Source: a virus. Taken from it: 13,840 nucleotides of DNA. Position 1 is the first letter of the stretch. Every line of letters starts with the position of its first letter. A program made the translations under genes and the position numbers. Shown piece by piece: positions 1 through 6,710 of the stretch. Under the pieces are notes generated by a model. It searched no databases and had not been told where the DNA came from. It saw nothing but the letters and a program-made list of their open reading frames with translations. The stretch lies in UHGV virus genome UHGV-0179107, one strand, 5' to 3'.

Positions 1-432
1 CTGAGCAACCAGAGAGCCATCAAACATGCTGCTGATTCGTGCACTGTTGGCCCCTACACGTGCTTTTCTGTGCTGAACATCTCCAACACTACGATCTAAC
101 AGTTTTTGTTGTCTGGCGGCCTCTCTGGCTTGCTGCTGATAGAACTTGCGCATAGAGTTAAGTTCGGAATTGTTGCCCCCGGTCAGACGGCTGACAGCCT
201 GAGCACGTTGTTTCTTCTGTGCTCTGGCGATCTGCTCTTCCACCTTAGCGCGTGTTCTTTGTGTTCTGAGTACAGCCTGATTAGACTTAAAATCAGCTTT
301 AGCAATATCGTCGGTGGCTTTCTTCCAGGATTTTTTATAATCCTCAAGCCGTTTAACCTCTCTACGCCAGGAGGATTTATCAGAATCCCAGTAAATAACG
401 TTTGTTAGTCTGGCTACTTCCTTCATTGCCAT
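1..432 (-). CDS. Hypothetical coiled-coil-rich protein, N-terminal 144 codons only; gene continues past the window start
   Basis: Hand translation of the reverse complement gives an open frame from ATG 432-430 (MAMKEVARLTNVIYWDSDKSSWRREVKRLEDYKK...GSLVAQ) to position 1 with no stop. GAGG lies 6 nt upstream of the ATG, and the ATG is 1 nt after the TAA of the upstream gene. Not in the ORF track because it has no stop in the window. Overlapping plus-strand ORF 106..408 is low-complexity and judged spurious. Confidence 0.5.
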   Translation of the reverse strand, partial: MAMKEVARLTNVIYWDSDKSSWRREVKRLEDYKKSWKKATDDIAKADFKSNQAVLRTQRTRAKVEEQIARAQKKQRAQAVSRLTGGNNSELNSMRKFYQQQAREAARQQKLLDRSVGDVQHRKARVGANSARISSMFDGSLVAQ

Positions 433-433
433 T

Positions 434-670
434 TTATACCTCGCCTTGTCTTAAAGATTTTGATAATGAAATAGCCCTTTTCAGGGCCTCTTTATCAATA
501 TTATATTTCTCTGCCAGCTCTTCGATTGAGAGGCCTTCTGTGTGGGATCCACTTTTAATAATGGTGGACCCCTCTTTCGCTGACTCTGGCAGGTGACATA
601 CTGTCACCCCTTCGGGCGTGTCTTCGGAGTCCTTAACCAGTTTTTGATAAATCTTTTCGTAGGTATTCAT
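434..670 (-). CDS. Small protein (78 aa) with a probable helix-turn-helix near the C-terminus
   Basis: ORF track; ATG 670-668 sits 1 nt after the TGA of the upstream gene (translational coupling). The segment LSIEELAEKYNIDKEALKRAI looks HTH-like by eye. Function not recognised. Confidence 0.55.
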   Translation of the reverse strand: MNTYEKIYQKLVKDSEDTPEGVTVCHLPESAKEGSTIIKSGSHTEGLSIEELAEKYNIDKEALKRAISLSKSLRQGEV

Positions 671-671
671 A

Positions 672-1061
672 TCATTTACCTTTACGCTTCAGTGGGCACT
701 TATCTCCCACAGACCATACAAAAATATAATGGCGCTTGCTTTCAGCTTTAGGATTTAATAATTCTTTATGCAAATATCCGGCTGAAAGCATTTTATCGAT
801 CAGGTTTTTCACTCTTTGCCCTTCCTCAAATGTTTGTGCTTTAAAATAGAGATTTGGGAAGTTCTGACCTGTATATTTTCCATCTTCATATAAGCGGGTG
901 CATACCCAGCGACATAAATCATCATCGTTAAGATCACTAACGTGTGGTTTATCCTCACTGCTAAATAACGCCTGTTTAAAACGGGAGTATTTAAACTCCC
1001 CATCTTCCAGGAAATCACCCTCATCGAACTCAACTATCATTTCTTCAATATTCATAGGCAT
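672..1061 (-). CDS. Hypothetical protein (129 aa), acidic N-terminus
   Basis: ORF track. AAGGA is only 1-2 nt from the ATG at 1061, so the second in-frame ATG at 1055 (spacing about 7) may be the true start. No family recognised. Confidence 0.55.
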   Translation of the reverse strand: MPMNIEEMIVEFDEGDFLEDGEFKYSRFKQALFSSEDKPHVSDLNDDDLCRWVCTRLYEDGKYTGQNFPNLYFKAQTFEEGQRVKNLIDKMLSAGYLHKELLNPKAESKRHYIFVWSVGDKCPLKRKGK

Positions 1062-1080
1062 ATCCTTTTAGATAAACGTG

Positions 1081-1122
1081 AAAAGTAAGATAAATAAAGG
1101 CACCCCCATTTTTTGAGGGTGC
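1081..1122 (-). terminator. Candidate intrinsic terminator or attenuator inside the leftward operon
   Basis: On the minus strand, a GC-rich 6-bp stem (GCACCC / GGGTGC, plus 1100-1105 and 1117-1122) starts 7 nt after the TGA of the 147-aa gene and is followed by UUUAUUUAUCUUACUUUU. The stem is short, so strength is uncertain. Confidence 0.4.
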
Positions 1123-1129
1123 TTATTAA

Positions 1130-1573
1130 TCATTCAAGATTGACCAGTTTGAGAGGCTTCACCGCCTGCAGCATGGCCTGCATCATTCCTACGCTTATTT
1201 CGAAGAGGTCTGCCATGTTTTGAAGGCTGGCACCTTCTGCCTCAATCATTGATTTGGAGAGCGCCGCGATCACGAATCCATCCTTGGCGTTATCCCACAT
1301 GCTGAGGAGGGGATCATCTCCGTGCTGGCGCATAAGGTCTTGAATCATCCACAATCTACATGCCATAACCACCAAATCGACATAAAAAACATCACCATTG
1401 GCGGACTTGCATTCAGCAAAAGCGTGATGCCTGTGTTTTAAGAAGTGCTCTTTGTCACGGGTAAATGCCAGGGTGTTGGTAAACTTGCCATCTAAAAGAT
1501 CCTGGCGAACTTTTGAATCTTCAGCGTCGATAGCTTTGATAACCTGGGATAATAATTTAGCGATTTGAGACAT
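1130..1573 (-). CDS. Hypothetical protein (147 aa)
   Basis: ORF track; AGGA 8 nt upstream of ATG 1573-1571. No family recognised. Confidence 0.6.
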   Translation of the reverse strand: MSQIAKLLSQVIKAIDAEDSKVRQDLLDGKFTNTLAFTRDKEHFLKHRHHAFAECKSANGDVFYVDLVVMACRLWMIQDLMRQHGDDPLLSMWDNAKDGFVIAALSKSMIEAEGASLQNMADLFEISVGMMQAMLQAVKPLKLVNLE

Positions 1574-1593
1574 TTGGAATTCCTTAAATTAGA

Positions 1594-1671
1594 GCCCCGG
1601 AAGGGGTTAAACTCGTGCAAGTAGCCCTCGTCTCGAGGGTGTTAAAGTGAGTCGAAAATAAATAAATAAAT
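1594..1671 (-). promoter_or_regulatory. Intergenic element inside the operon: two short GC hairpins plus an (AAAT)4 tract
   Basis: Seen directly: CCCC-GGAA-GGGG (1595-1606), CCCTCG-TCT-CGAGGG (1625-1639) and (AAAT)x4 (1656-1671), all within the 112-nt spacer between the 162-aa and 147-aa genes. Role (mRNA processing, stability or attenuation) is unknown. Confidence 0.3.
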
Positions 1672-1685
1672 CGAAGAGATAAAAC

Positions 1686-2174
1686 TTAGGCTTTCTGGGC
1701 CATTGCTTTCTGGACTTTATTTCTATGGCGGCGGTAGATGAATATAAATTCGCGATAAGCACGACTACCGGGCTTAGGCAAACGTTGATTAAGCTCCTTA
1801 CGTGGCAGGATTTCACTCAACAAGCCCCATATATGAAAGCAGGTTACTTTTAATTCTTTTGCTATCTCTTCAATATTCATCCCACAATTCCACATTAAAA
1901 GAGATTTGCGGCGGCGATCTTCGAAGACATTTTTATCTCTATCTATGTCGTTATAGACACTGAGGGGAACTCGACACCGTGGATTCCAGGACTCATTATA
2001 TAGTTTTTGGACTTTCTCAAGTTTAACGCCTGTATATTCCGCCACGAATTCAGGGGTAAAGCCCTCGACTAATAAGTGTTTAGCCTGTCGTGTTGGTTGA
2101 TCATCACTGGGAAGATATTTCTGCAGTGCTACCAGTTTTTCGAATTGAGAATCAGAAAGATTAGATTTGAACAT
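1686..2174 (-). CDS. Putative transcription regulator (162 aa) with two HTH-like segments; C-terminal part resembles Mor/C-family phage activators
   Basis: ORF track; GGAG upstream of ATG 2174-2172. The segment RKSLLMWNCGMNIEEIAKELKVTCFHIWGLL matches, from memory, the W-N-x-G-x-N...E-L-A...V-T motif of phage Mu Mor-type activators. The family call is tentative. Confidence 0.55.
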   Translation of the reverse strand: MFKSNLSDSQFEKLVALQKYLPSDDQPTRQAKHLLVEGFTPEFVAEYTGVKLEKVQKLYNESWNPRCRVPLSVYNDIDRDKNVFEDRRRKSLLMWNCGMNIEEIAKELKVTCFHIWGLLSEILPRKELNQRLPKPGSRAYREFIFIYRRHRNKVQKAMAQKA

Positions 2175-2287
2175 GATTAATTCTCCGAACGTTTAAAAGA
2201 TCAGGGCAATCAATCTAGTTCTAGTTCTATATGTAATTAGTTTATTTAGTTTATTTGGGATAACAGGGGAGGAGTAATAATCAAAAA

Positions 2288-2446
2288 TTAATAATCTTCA
2301 TCATAATCATCGTCAAATGTTCTTAACTCTGCAATATAACCGTCTTTCGCGGTATGCTCATAATATTCTTGAGTCTGTTTATCATAAGCCAAATCATCAA
2401 GATATTCTTTGCTAACAACCATATCGGTTAAATCTAAAGTTATCAT
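2288..2446 (-). CDS. Small acidic protein (52 aa), below the ORF-track length cutoff
   Basis: Hand translation: MITLDLTDMVVSKEYLDDLAYDKQTQEYYEHTAKDGYIAELRTFDDDYDEDY, with AAGGA about 8 nt upstream of ATG 2446-2444. It fills the gap between the 305-aa and 162-aa genes on the same strand. Confidence 0.35.
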   Translation of the reverse strand: MITLDLTDMVVSKEYLDDLAYDKQTQEYYEHTAKDGYIAELRTFDDDYDEDY

Positions 2447-2479
2447 AAGAGTTTTCCTTAATTAACTGAAAGGTAAAAA

Positions 2480-3397
2480 TTATTTATCAAGTAAAACCAT
2501 CTTGCCCTCTCTTAAGCGGCAATTTTGCCATGCTGGGAAGGGGTTCAATAAATCTCCGGGATTGGCTTCAGTGTCCACAATAATTTCTATCCCTTCGTTT
2601 TCTTTTAATAGATTTGCTAGACGAAAGGCTTGATCAGTAAGATGCCAATATTTAGCAGAATTCATTATTTTGCCATCAATGGTGCCTTTAATATTTTTCA
2701 TCACCTCATAGCCATAGATTTCATCACGCAATACGCTAAGTTTTACCCTTCCTTTACCTTTATATTTAGCTTTAGCTGCCAGATATGCCGCCTTTGCTTC
2801 AGAATTCGTCAGAACTGGATAACCGTAAAAATCTTTCTCACGTTTGCCAGCGTCTCTACGGCGTTCTCTGCGTTCTTTTTTAGGTTGGGAAGGGGATTGC
2901 ATTGCCTCGGGCTTTTCAGGCTGCTGTGCGGCTTGTTTTGGGGCTTCCTGAGGCTGTTCTACTTTAGCGGCAGTCTTTCCGAAAGTCTCTAAGATGCCTT
3001 CTGGAATATTTACGCCCTTCTCGATGCACATATCCAACAATTGATCAGGGGTTTTCAGCAATTCGTAATGATTAGATTTGCCTTTTTTAACAATTGAAAT
3101 AAGCCCAGCATTTTCAAGAGATTTAATAGCGCTGGCTATTTTCCCGCGATCCTTTCTGAGTTGAGTTGCCAGTTTTTGCTCTGAAATATAAATTCCCTCA
3201 CCGTTAAAATGAAAGCCCACCATTTTTCCATAAATTAACATTTCAAAGTCTGTTAAATAAAAGCGCTCTTTAACTGTTCCCGTCTTTTTATTAGAGATTG
3301 TTGTTGCTACCGGTTTATCAAAATCATACTGAATAAAGAAATCGAAAGAGGGGGTAAAAGGTGCCCCCAGTCTATTTCCTGCCATAATTTCCCCCAT
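2480..3397 (-). CDS. Putative iteron-binding replication initiator / replisome organiser (305 aa): N-terminal winged-helix domain, Q/P/E/K-rich linker, C-terminal domain
   Basis: ORF track. The N-terminal domain (KERFYLTDFEMLIYGKMVGFHF...ISEQKLATQL...AIKSLENAGLISIVKKGKSNHYEL) has the winged-helix layout of lambda-O / phage replisome-organiser type proteins, followed by a basic low-complexity linker (KKERRERRRDAGKREKD). ATG 3397 overlaps the TAA of the upstream paralog; an alternative start at 3385 gives matching MA-N N-termini in both paralogs. Confidence 0.65.
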   Translation of the reverse strand: MGEIMAGNRLGAPFTPSFDFFIQYDFDKPVATTISNKKTGTVKERFYLTDFEMLIYGKMVGFHFNGEGIYISEQKLATQLRKDRGKIASAIKSLENAGLISIVKKGKSNHYELLKTPDQLLDMCIEKGVNIPEGILETFGKTAAKVEQPQEAPKQAAQQPEKPEAMQSPSQPKKERRERRRDAGKREKDFYGYPVLTNSEAKAAYLAAKAKYKGKGRVKLSVLRDEIYGYEVMKNIKGTIDGKIMNSAKYWHLTDQAFRLANLLKENEGIEIIVDTEANPGDLLNPFPAWQNCRLREGKMVLLDK

Positions 3398-3783
3398 TAA
3401 TATATAAAATATTCTCTAATACCCTGCTCATCGCACATCTTGCCAAGCTGATCAGGGGTAATTAGCAATTCGTAGATATTCGATTTGCCCTGTTCTCGTT
3501 TAACGTTTATCAGACCTGCAGCTTCTAATGTTTTGATTGCCGACCTTACTGTTTTCTCTGTAACATCATAATCGTCTGCTAATGTCTGCGTCGAAAGCTC
3601 TGAGATAATTATTTCTTCACCCTCCTTAAAAGAATAACTTACCATTTCACCATAAATTGTTACCTCCAACAAATTTAAGTGAAATCTTTCTTTATTGGTT
3701 GCAGTTTTTGCAATCGGATTTTTAAAAGTGTATTTGATGAAACGTTTAAAAATGGGAGTAAAATTTTCATCGTTGTTTGCCAT
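3397..3783 (-). CDS. Truncated paralog of the adjacent initiator (about 128 aa): winged-helix DNA-binding domain only
   Basis: Clear paralogy with the N-terminus of the 305-aa protein (NFTPIFKRFIKYTF vs PFTPSFDFFIQYDF; GKSNIYELLITPDQLGKMCDEQG vs GKSNHYELLKTPDQLLDMCIEKG). The track start at 3798 is a TTG that overlaps the SD; ATG 3783-3781 with GGAGG 8 nt upstream is the likely start. Confidence 0.65.
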   Translation of the reverse strand: MANNDENFTPIFKRFIKYTFKNPIAKTATNKERFHLNLLEVTIYGEMVSYSFKEGEEIIISELSTQTLADDYDVTEKTVRSAIKTLEAAGLINVKREQGKSNIYELLITPDQLGKMCDEQGIREYFIY

Positions 3784-3807
3784 AATATGATCCTCCAAGA
3801 TTATTTA

Positions 3808-4017
3808 TCAAAGTAGGTGTTTATATCTTTCCAGCTCACGCTCGATGCGGATAAGGTTAAGTTTTTCTATTGCCGCTTCAATATGTGGGTATTTTCCTTT
3901 GTTACGACGGATAAAAGCATAAACAGAATTTTTATAGAACTTGCCGCTAAGCACGTTCTCTACGATTTCGTCAGTAGTCCAGTTTACCAGGGGGCTGACT
4001 GGCCCGTTGCTCGCCAT
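3808..4017 (-). CDS. Small protein (69 aa), first gene of the leftward operon
   Basis: ORF track; perfect AGGAGG (plus 4025-4030) 7 nt upstream of ATG 4017-4015. The opposite-strand ORF 3817..4077 is low-complexity and rejected. Function unknown. Confidence 0.6.
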   Translation of the reverse strand: MASNGPVSPLVNWTTDEIVENVLSGKFYKNSVYAFIRRNKGKYPHIEAAIEKLNLIRIERELERYKHLL

Positions 4018-4138
4018 AATGAGGCCTCCTATAATTCGAATCAGAATGATATACGGTTAAAAAGAAACGGGAACTAATAGCTCCCGCCAGTTAATTAAGG
4101 AAATCCACTATGATGACTTAGTGTATCCCTATGCTTTA

Positions 4139-4170
4139 TATTTTATCAGACATTCGTCAAATTGTCAACA
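4139..4170 (-). promoter_or_regulatory. Candidate sigma70 promoter for the leftward operon (-35 TTGACA, 17-nt spacer, -10 TAAAAT)
   Basis: Minus-strand reading: TGTTGACAATTTGAcgaatgtctgaTAAAAT. The first 14 nt are identical to the -35 region of the capsid promoter at 8017-8030, and the spacers are similar. About 115 nt of leader would precede ATG 4017. Confidence 0.4.
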
Positions 4171-4340
4171 ATCTTTTTGTATTTATCTATCATTTTTTCT
4201 TCAAGATTGTCGATTGCAGTCACTCCGGCTATGTAGGCAACACCGCACCACAGTACAGCCAGGTTGATGATCGCTATTGCATCAGTAATTTCCACATTGA
4301 CCTCCGGATCTGTTTCTCCCCCTATTTATAATCTTATCAT

Positions 4341-4489
4341 ATTGTCAACCAATTGTCAATGAGAATTATTATCATTTAGGTGTGCTATAGGTACAAGCAA
4401 GTCCACAGCAAAGGGGTAAGCATTATTAATGGCCCCTACCGTGTCAAAACCAAAATCACTTATAGCATTTATTCAATAAGATTGTCAAT
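4341..4489 (-). promoter_or_regulatory. Three further ATTGTCAA(C/T) sites (4341-4349, 4352-4360, 4481-4489), each a TTGACA hexamer on the minus strand
   Basis: Seen directly. With the site at 4161-4169 this makes four same-orientation copies in about 330 bp. Possible -10 elements are weak (TAAGAT, TATAAG), so these may be operators or secondary promoters. Confidence 0.35.
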
Positions 4490-4801
4490 GGCCCACAACA
4501 TGCCTTCCTGCAGAAGGTTTGATTTTAATCAAATCCACGAAGTGGACCACAGGAGGGAGAGCACTTTTTGCCTTAGGCGCTCTAAAATCAATTCTAACGC
4601 GATTTAGAGGTCAGGTAATGCAATTGCACTACTCACCACAGTTAATGCAGCCAGAAGGCCATTTAGGGGCCCTATTTTTGATTTATGAGTGTCATATTAC
4701 GTGCATGCACGCGCGGGAGACTCTTTGCTGCCTCCTTCCGGCGCTGGCAAGCTTTCGGCAGCGGTCCACATTGTGGGCCTCATGCTGACGCATTCGCCGG
4801 A

Positions 4802-4963
4802 CCCACACAGACCCGAAGGGCTTAGCCATGGGCTAAGGTGCCGTAGGCACTCCCACACACAATTGGGTGACGTGTCATGTATGGAATACATTGTCACCCC
4901 ACACACAGGCCGACGTAGTCGGTTTAGCTGTATAGCTAAAGTCACAAAGTGACCCACACACAG
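4802..4963 (+). repeat. Array of about 50-bp units, each beginning with CCCACACACAG and containing different short perfect palindromes
   Basis: Punctuation motif at 4802, 4852, 4898 and 4954. Palindromes: CTTAGCC-ATG-GGCTAAG (4821-4837), GTGCC-GTA-GGCAC (4838-4850), GGGTGAC...GTCACCC (4865-4899), CCGAC-GTA-GTCGG (4910-4922), TTAGCT-GTAT-AGCTAA (4924-4939), GTCAC-AAA-GTGAC (4941-4953). Confidence 0.6.
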
Positions 4964-4966
4964 ATT

Positions 4967-5003
4967 GCCTAAAGAGTCGCTCATGCTCTTTAGGCTTTCA
5001 TTT
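4967..5003 (+). terminator. Candidate intrinsic terminator closing the hairpin array
   Basis: Perfect 10-bp stem GCCTAAAGAG / CTCTTTAGGC (4967-4976 and 4986-4995) with a 9-nt loop, followed by TTTCATTT. The minus-strand side has no U-tract. Confidence 0.4.
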
Positions 5004-5124
5004 GTGGGTTAAGCTTTTCCCTTAGAAAACCTTCCCCACTCTCTGATCCCTCCCCATCCCCCCTTGTTGGGGGATTATAGGGGGAGTTCTTTTTATTGAT
5101 CTATTCTCTTTATCTATTAGTGTG

Positions 5125-5270
5125 GGAAATCCCAGCATATATATGTAGGAAATTCCCGCATATATATGTTGGAAATACCAGCATATCCCTTTCTGTGTAT
5201 GGTTGAATATGCGGGAAATTCCAGCATATCGATCCCTATGCATGTGGGAACATGTGGGAAATACCGACAG
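5125..5270. repeat. Iteron array, candidate replication origin: GGAAAT-N-CC-(A/C)-GCATAT repeats
   Basis: Four 16-bp copies at 5125-5140, 5148-5163, 5171-5186 and 5214-5229. The first three are spaced exactly 23 bp (about two helical turns), the fourth is 43 bp further. Degenerate copies follow (tandem CATGTGGGAA x2 at 5241-5260; GGAAATACCGACAG at 5257-5270; GGAAATATGCAGATC at 5403-5417). Confidence 0.55.
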
Positions 5271-6332
5271 GTCTGTGTGGCTTAATTTGACTTGATATTG
5301 ACTAACAAAGGCCTTCGTAGAAGGTTTGAGATGAGCTCAAATCACCATATGTGACTAACAAACCTCTCTCCTCTCTCTTTGCTTTGATTTTCTCTCATGT
5401 GTGGGAAATATGCAGATCAACACCCTTTGATTTTATCGACAGGTATGTTGACACGCCCTACGGTTGTGAGGCCCGGGCATCATAAGTATGGCCCCTGGGG
5501 CAGTCCATCCTTCCCTCACACAGGACAATGAATACACTCCTTGCAGTCATGAATACATAAAGAACATGAAAGACTGTTCACACCAACACGCCGATAAATT
5601 GCCTGAAGAGGCTTACATGGTGGGATTGTTGTGTGGGTAATAGTGATCATGCTAACAGATTATGTTAATCAGATGTAAATTCCGATTTTGTGGTCTGCAG
5701 ATAGCAAACTATACTGGTTAGATGATCAGGGGAATGACTACAAAACAATCAAAAATGTGGGATATAGACATCTATACTTCTAATGTGCTGTGTGGGGTGT
5801 TAGTGCGTCCTAACCTCTAAGTCATTGATTTTAAGTGTTGGGAGAGATGCATTTAACATAATAGATCTTATCTACACTAATAAAGCGCACTACAAAATCT
5901 GATTTAAAAATCATGATAAGGAGGCCCAGAATTTACGTACAGTCACCTGAATAAATAATGTGCACAACATACAGCAAAGCTTAAGAATTAACATAATAGC
6001 AACGTGGTCAGTAGTGGTGTGATATTTGAGAATTGTTAGAAGAAAAAAGGGAGGTGGGGGAGCGCCTGCCTGGCACCTCAGACGAACATCTGACGGGTAT
6101 TAATACCGCTAATGGATATTTCTGACACCCACACCCAAGACCGCTTTCAGCACATAGCCATACACCGCACAGGATGCAATTGTGATAACAAAAAATGGGG
6201 GTGTAATAGGGTAGGCTGTCTTTCATCAAAATCACTTCTACGACGTTACCAGAGTGATAACAAGAAAACAGGCCTCTAAGATTATCTGTGCCTCGTTTTT
6301 AGCTTTTTGTGTGGTTACCAGGTGAAGAGGAA

Positions 6333-6497
6333 ATGTTAAAAACTGTTCATTTTATGCACAAACTAGTCAGGGTGATACCACAAAATGAGGCGCAAGAAAT
6401 CCAGCTGCAGATAATCTTGCAGCCAGATTTTGCAGTTTTTGAGGGTATGTTAAATTTGACAAAAATAGAGAAAAGGCTTATTAAGATAACTTATTGA
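6333..6497 (+). CDS. Possible small ORF (54 aa from ATG 6333), weak
   Basis: ORF track 6309..6497 starts at a GTG; the internal ATG 6333 has GGTGA about 7 nt upstream. It is the only moderately plausible ORF in the 2.7-kb gap, with no recognisable family. Could be non-coding. Confidence 0.2.
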   Translation: MLKTVHFMHKLVRVIPQNEAQEIQLQIILQPDFAVFEGMLNLTKIEKRLIKITY

Positions 6498-6571
6498 TTT
6501 TATTAGTATTATGAAAAAGGGTTACACCCTCTCTCTTACTCTGTCAACCGGGCGGTTGTGGCATAAAACGG

Positions 6572-6697
6572 ATTAAATCAATAAATAGGCATTAAATACC
6601 CATTAAATACCCCTTAAATAGGGGTTAATTGCTCAGGACTGAAAGGAGTGTAAATAGGGGATAAATAGGGGTTAATTGAGGGATAAATAAAAAGGGG
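6572..6697. repeat. AT-rich direct-repeat cluster: TAAATAGGGGTTAATTG x2 plus shorter TAAATAGG and ATTAAAT copies
   Basis: 17-mer at 6615-6631 and 6662-6678 (47 bp apart); TAAATAGGGG at 6651-6660; TAAATAGG at 6582-6589; ATTAAAT at 6572, 6591 and 6603. Lies just beyond the terminator of the membrane-protein operon. Confidence 0.55.
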
Positions 6698-6710
6698 CCG
6701 TGATGGCCCC
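6681..6710 (-). terminator. Rho-independent terminator of the leftward HTH / membrane-protein operon
   Basis: Minus strand: GGGGCC-AUCAC-GGCCCC (plus 6694-6710) followed by UUUUUAUUUAU, starting 8 nt after the TGA at 6721-6719. Confidence 0.7.

Noticed and set aside
106-408. Plus-strand ORF (100 aa) and neighbour 402..596
   Set aside because: Both lie antisense to well-supported, translationally coupled minus-strand genes. Products are low-complexity with no RBS support.
2630-2992. Plus-strand ORF (120 aa) inside the initiator gene
   Set aside because: Antisense to the 305-aa winged-helix gene. Product is Phe/Leu/Cys-rich junk.
3817-4077. Plus-strand ORF (86 aa) overlapping the 69-aa gene
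   Set aside because: The minus-strand gene has a perfect AGGAGG at ideal spacing. The plus ORF has no RBS and an implausible sequence.
4852-4870. Protelomerase target (CACACAATTG resembles part of the N15 telomere-resolution palindrome)
   Set aside because: There is no extended palindrome of tens of bp around it. The only perfect palindromes nearby are 12 bp (4700-4711) and shorter.
4131-4984. Several 66-95 aa ORFs in the non-coding region (4131..4331, 4380..4607, 4519..4788, 4689..4952, 4697..4984 minus)
   Set aside because: They overlap in different frames, are rich in Cys, His and Arg, lack RBSs, and coincide with repeat and hairpin DNA. Treated as non-coding.
5148-5229. GGGAAATTCC matching the eukaryotic NF-kB site consensus
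   Set aside because: Coincidental resemblance. The context (SD sequences, sigma70 promoters, intrinsic terminators) is bacterial and the motif is part of the iteron.
5022-5243. Minus-strand ORF (73 aa) across the iterons
   Set aside because: Its repeated AGIS segments are just the iterons translated. Artefact.
4802-5270. CRISPR array
   Set aside because: The repeated element is only about 10 bp (array) or 16 bp at 23-bp spacing (iterons), with no 28-37 bp repeats separated by unique spacers of similar length, and no cas genes.
6008-6235. Minus-strand ORF (75 aa)
   Set aside because: No RBS and an implausible Cys-rich product in the ORF-poor region.
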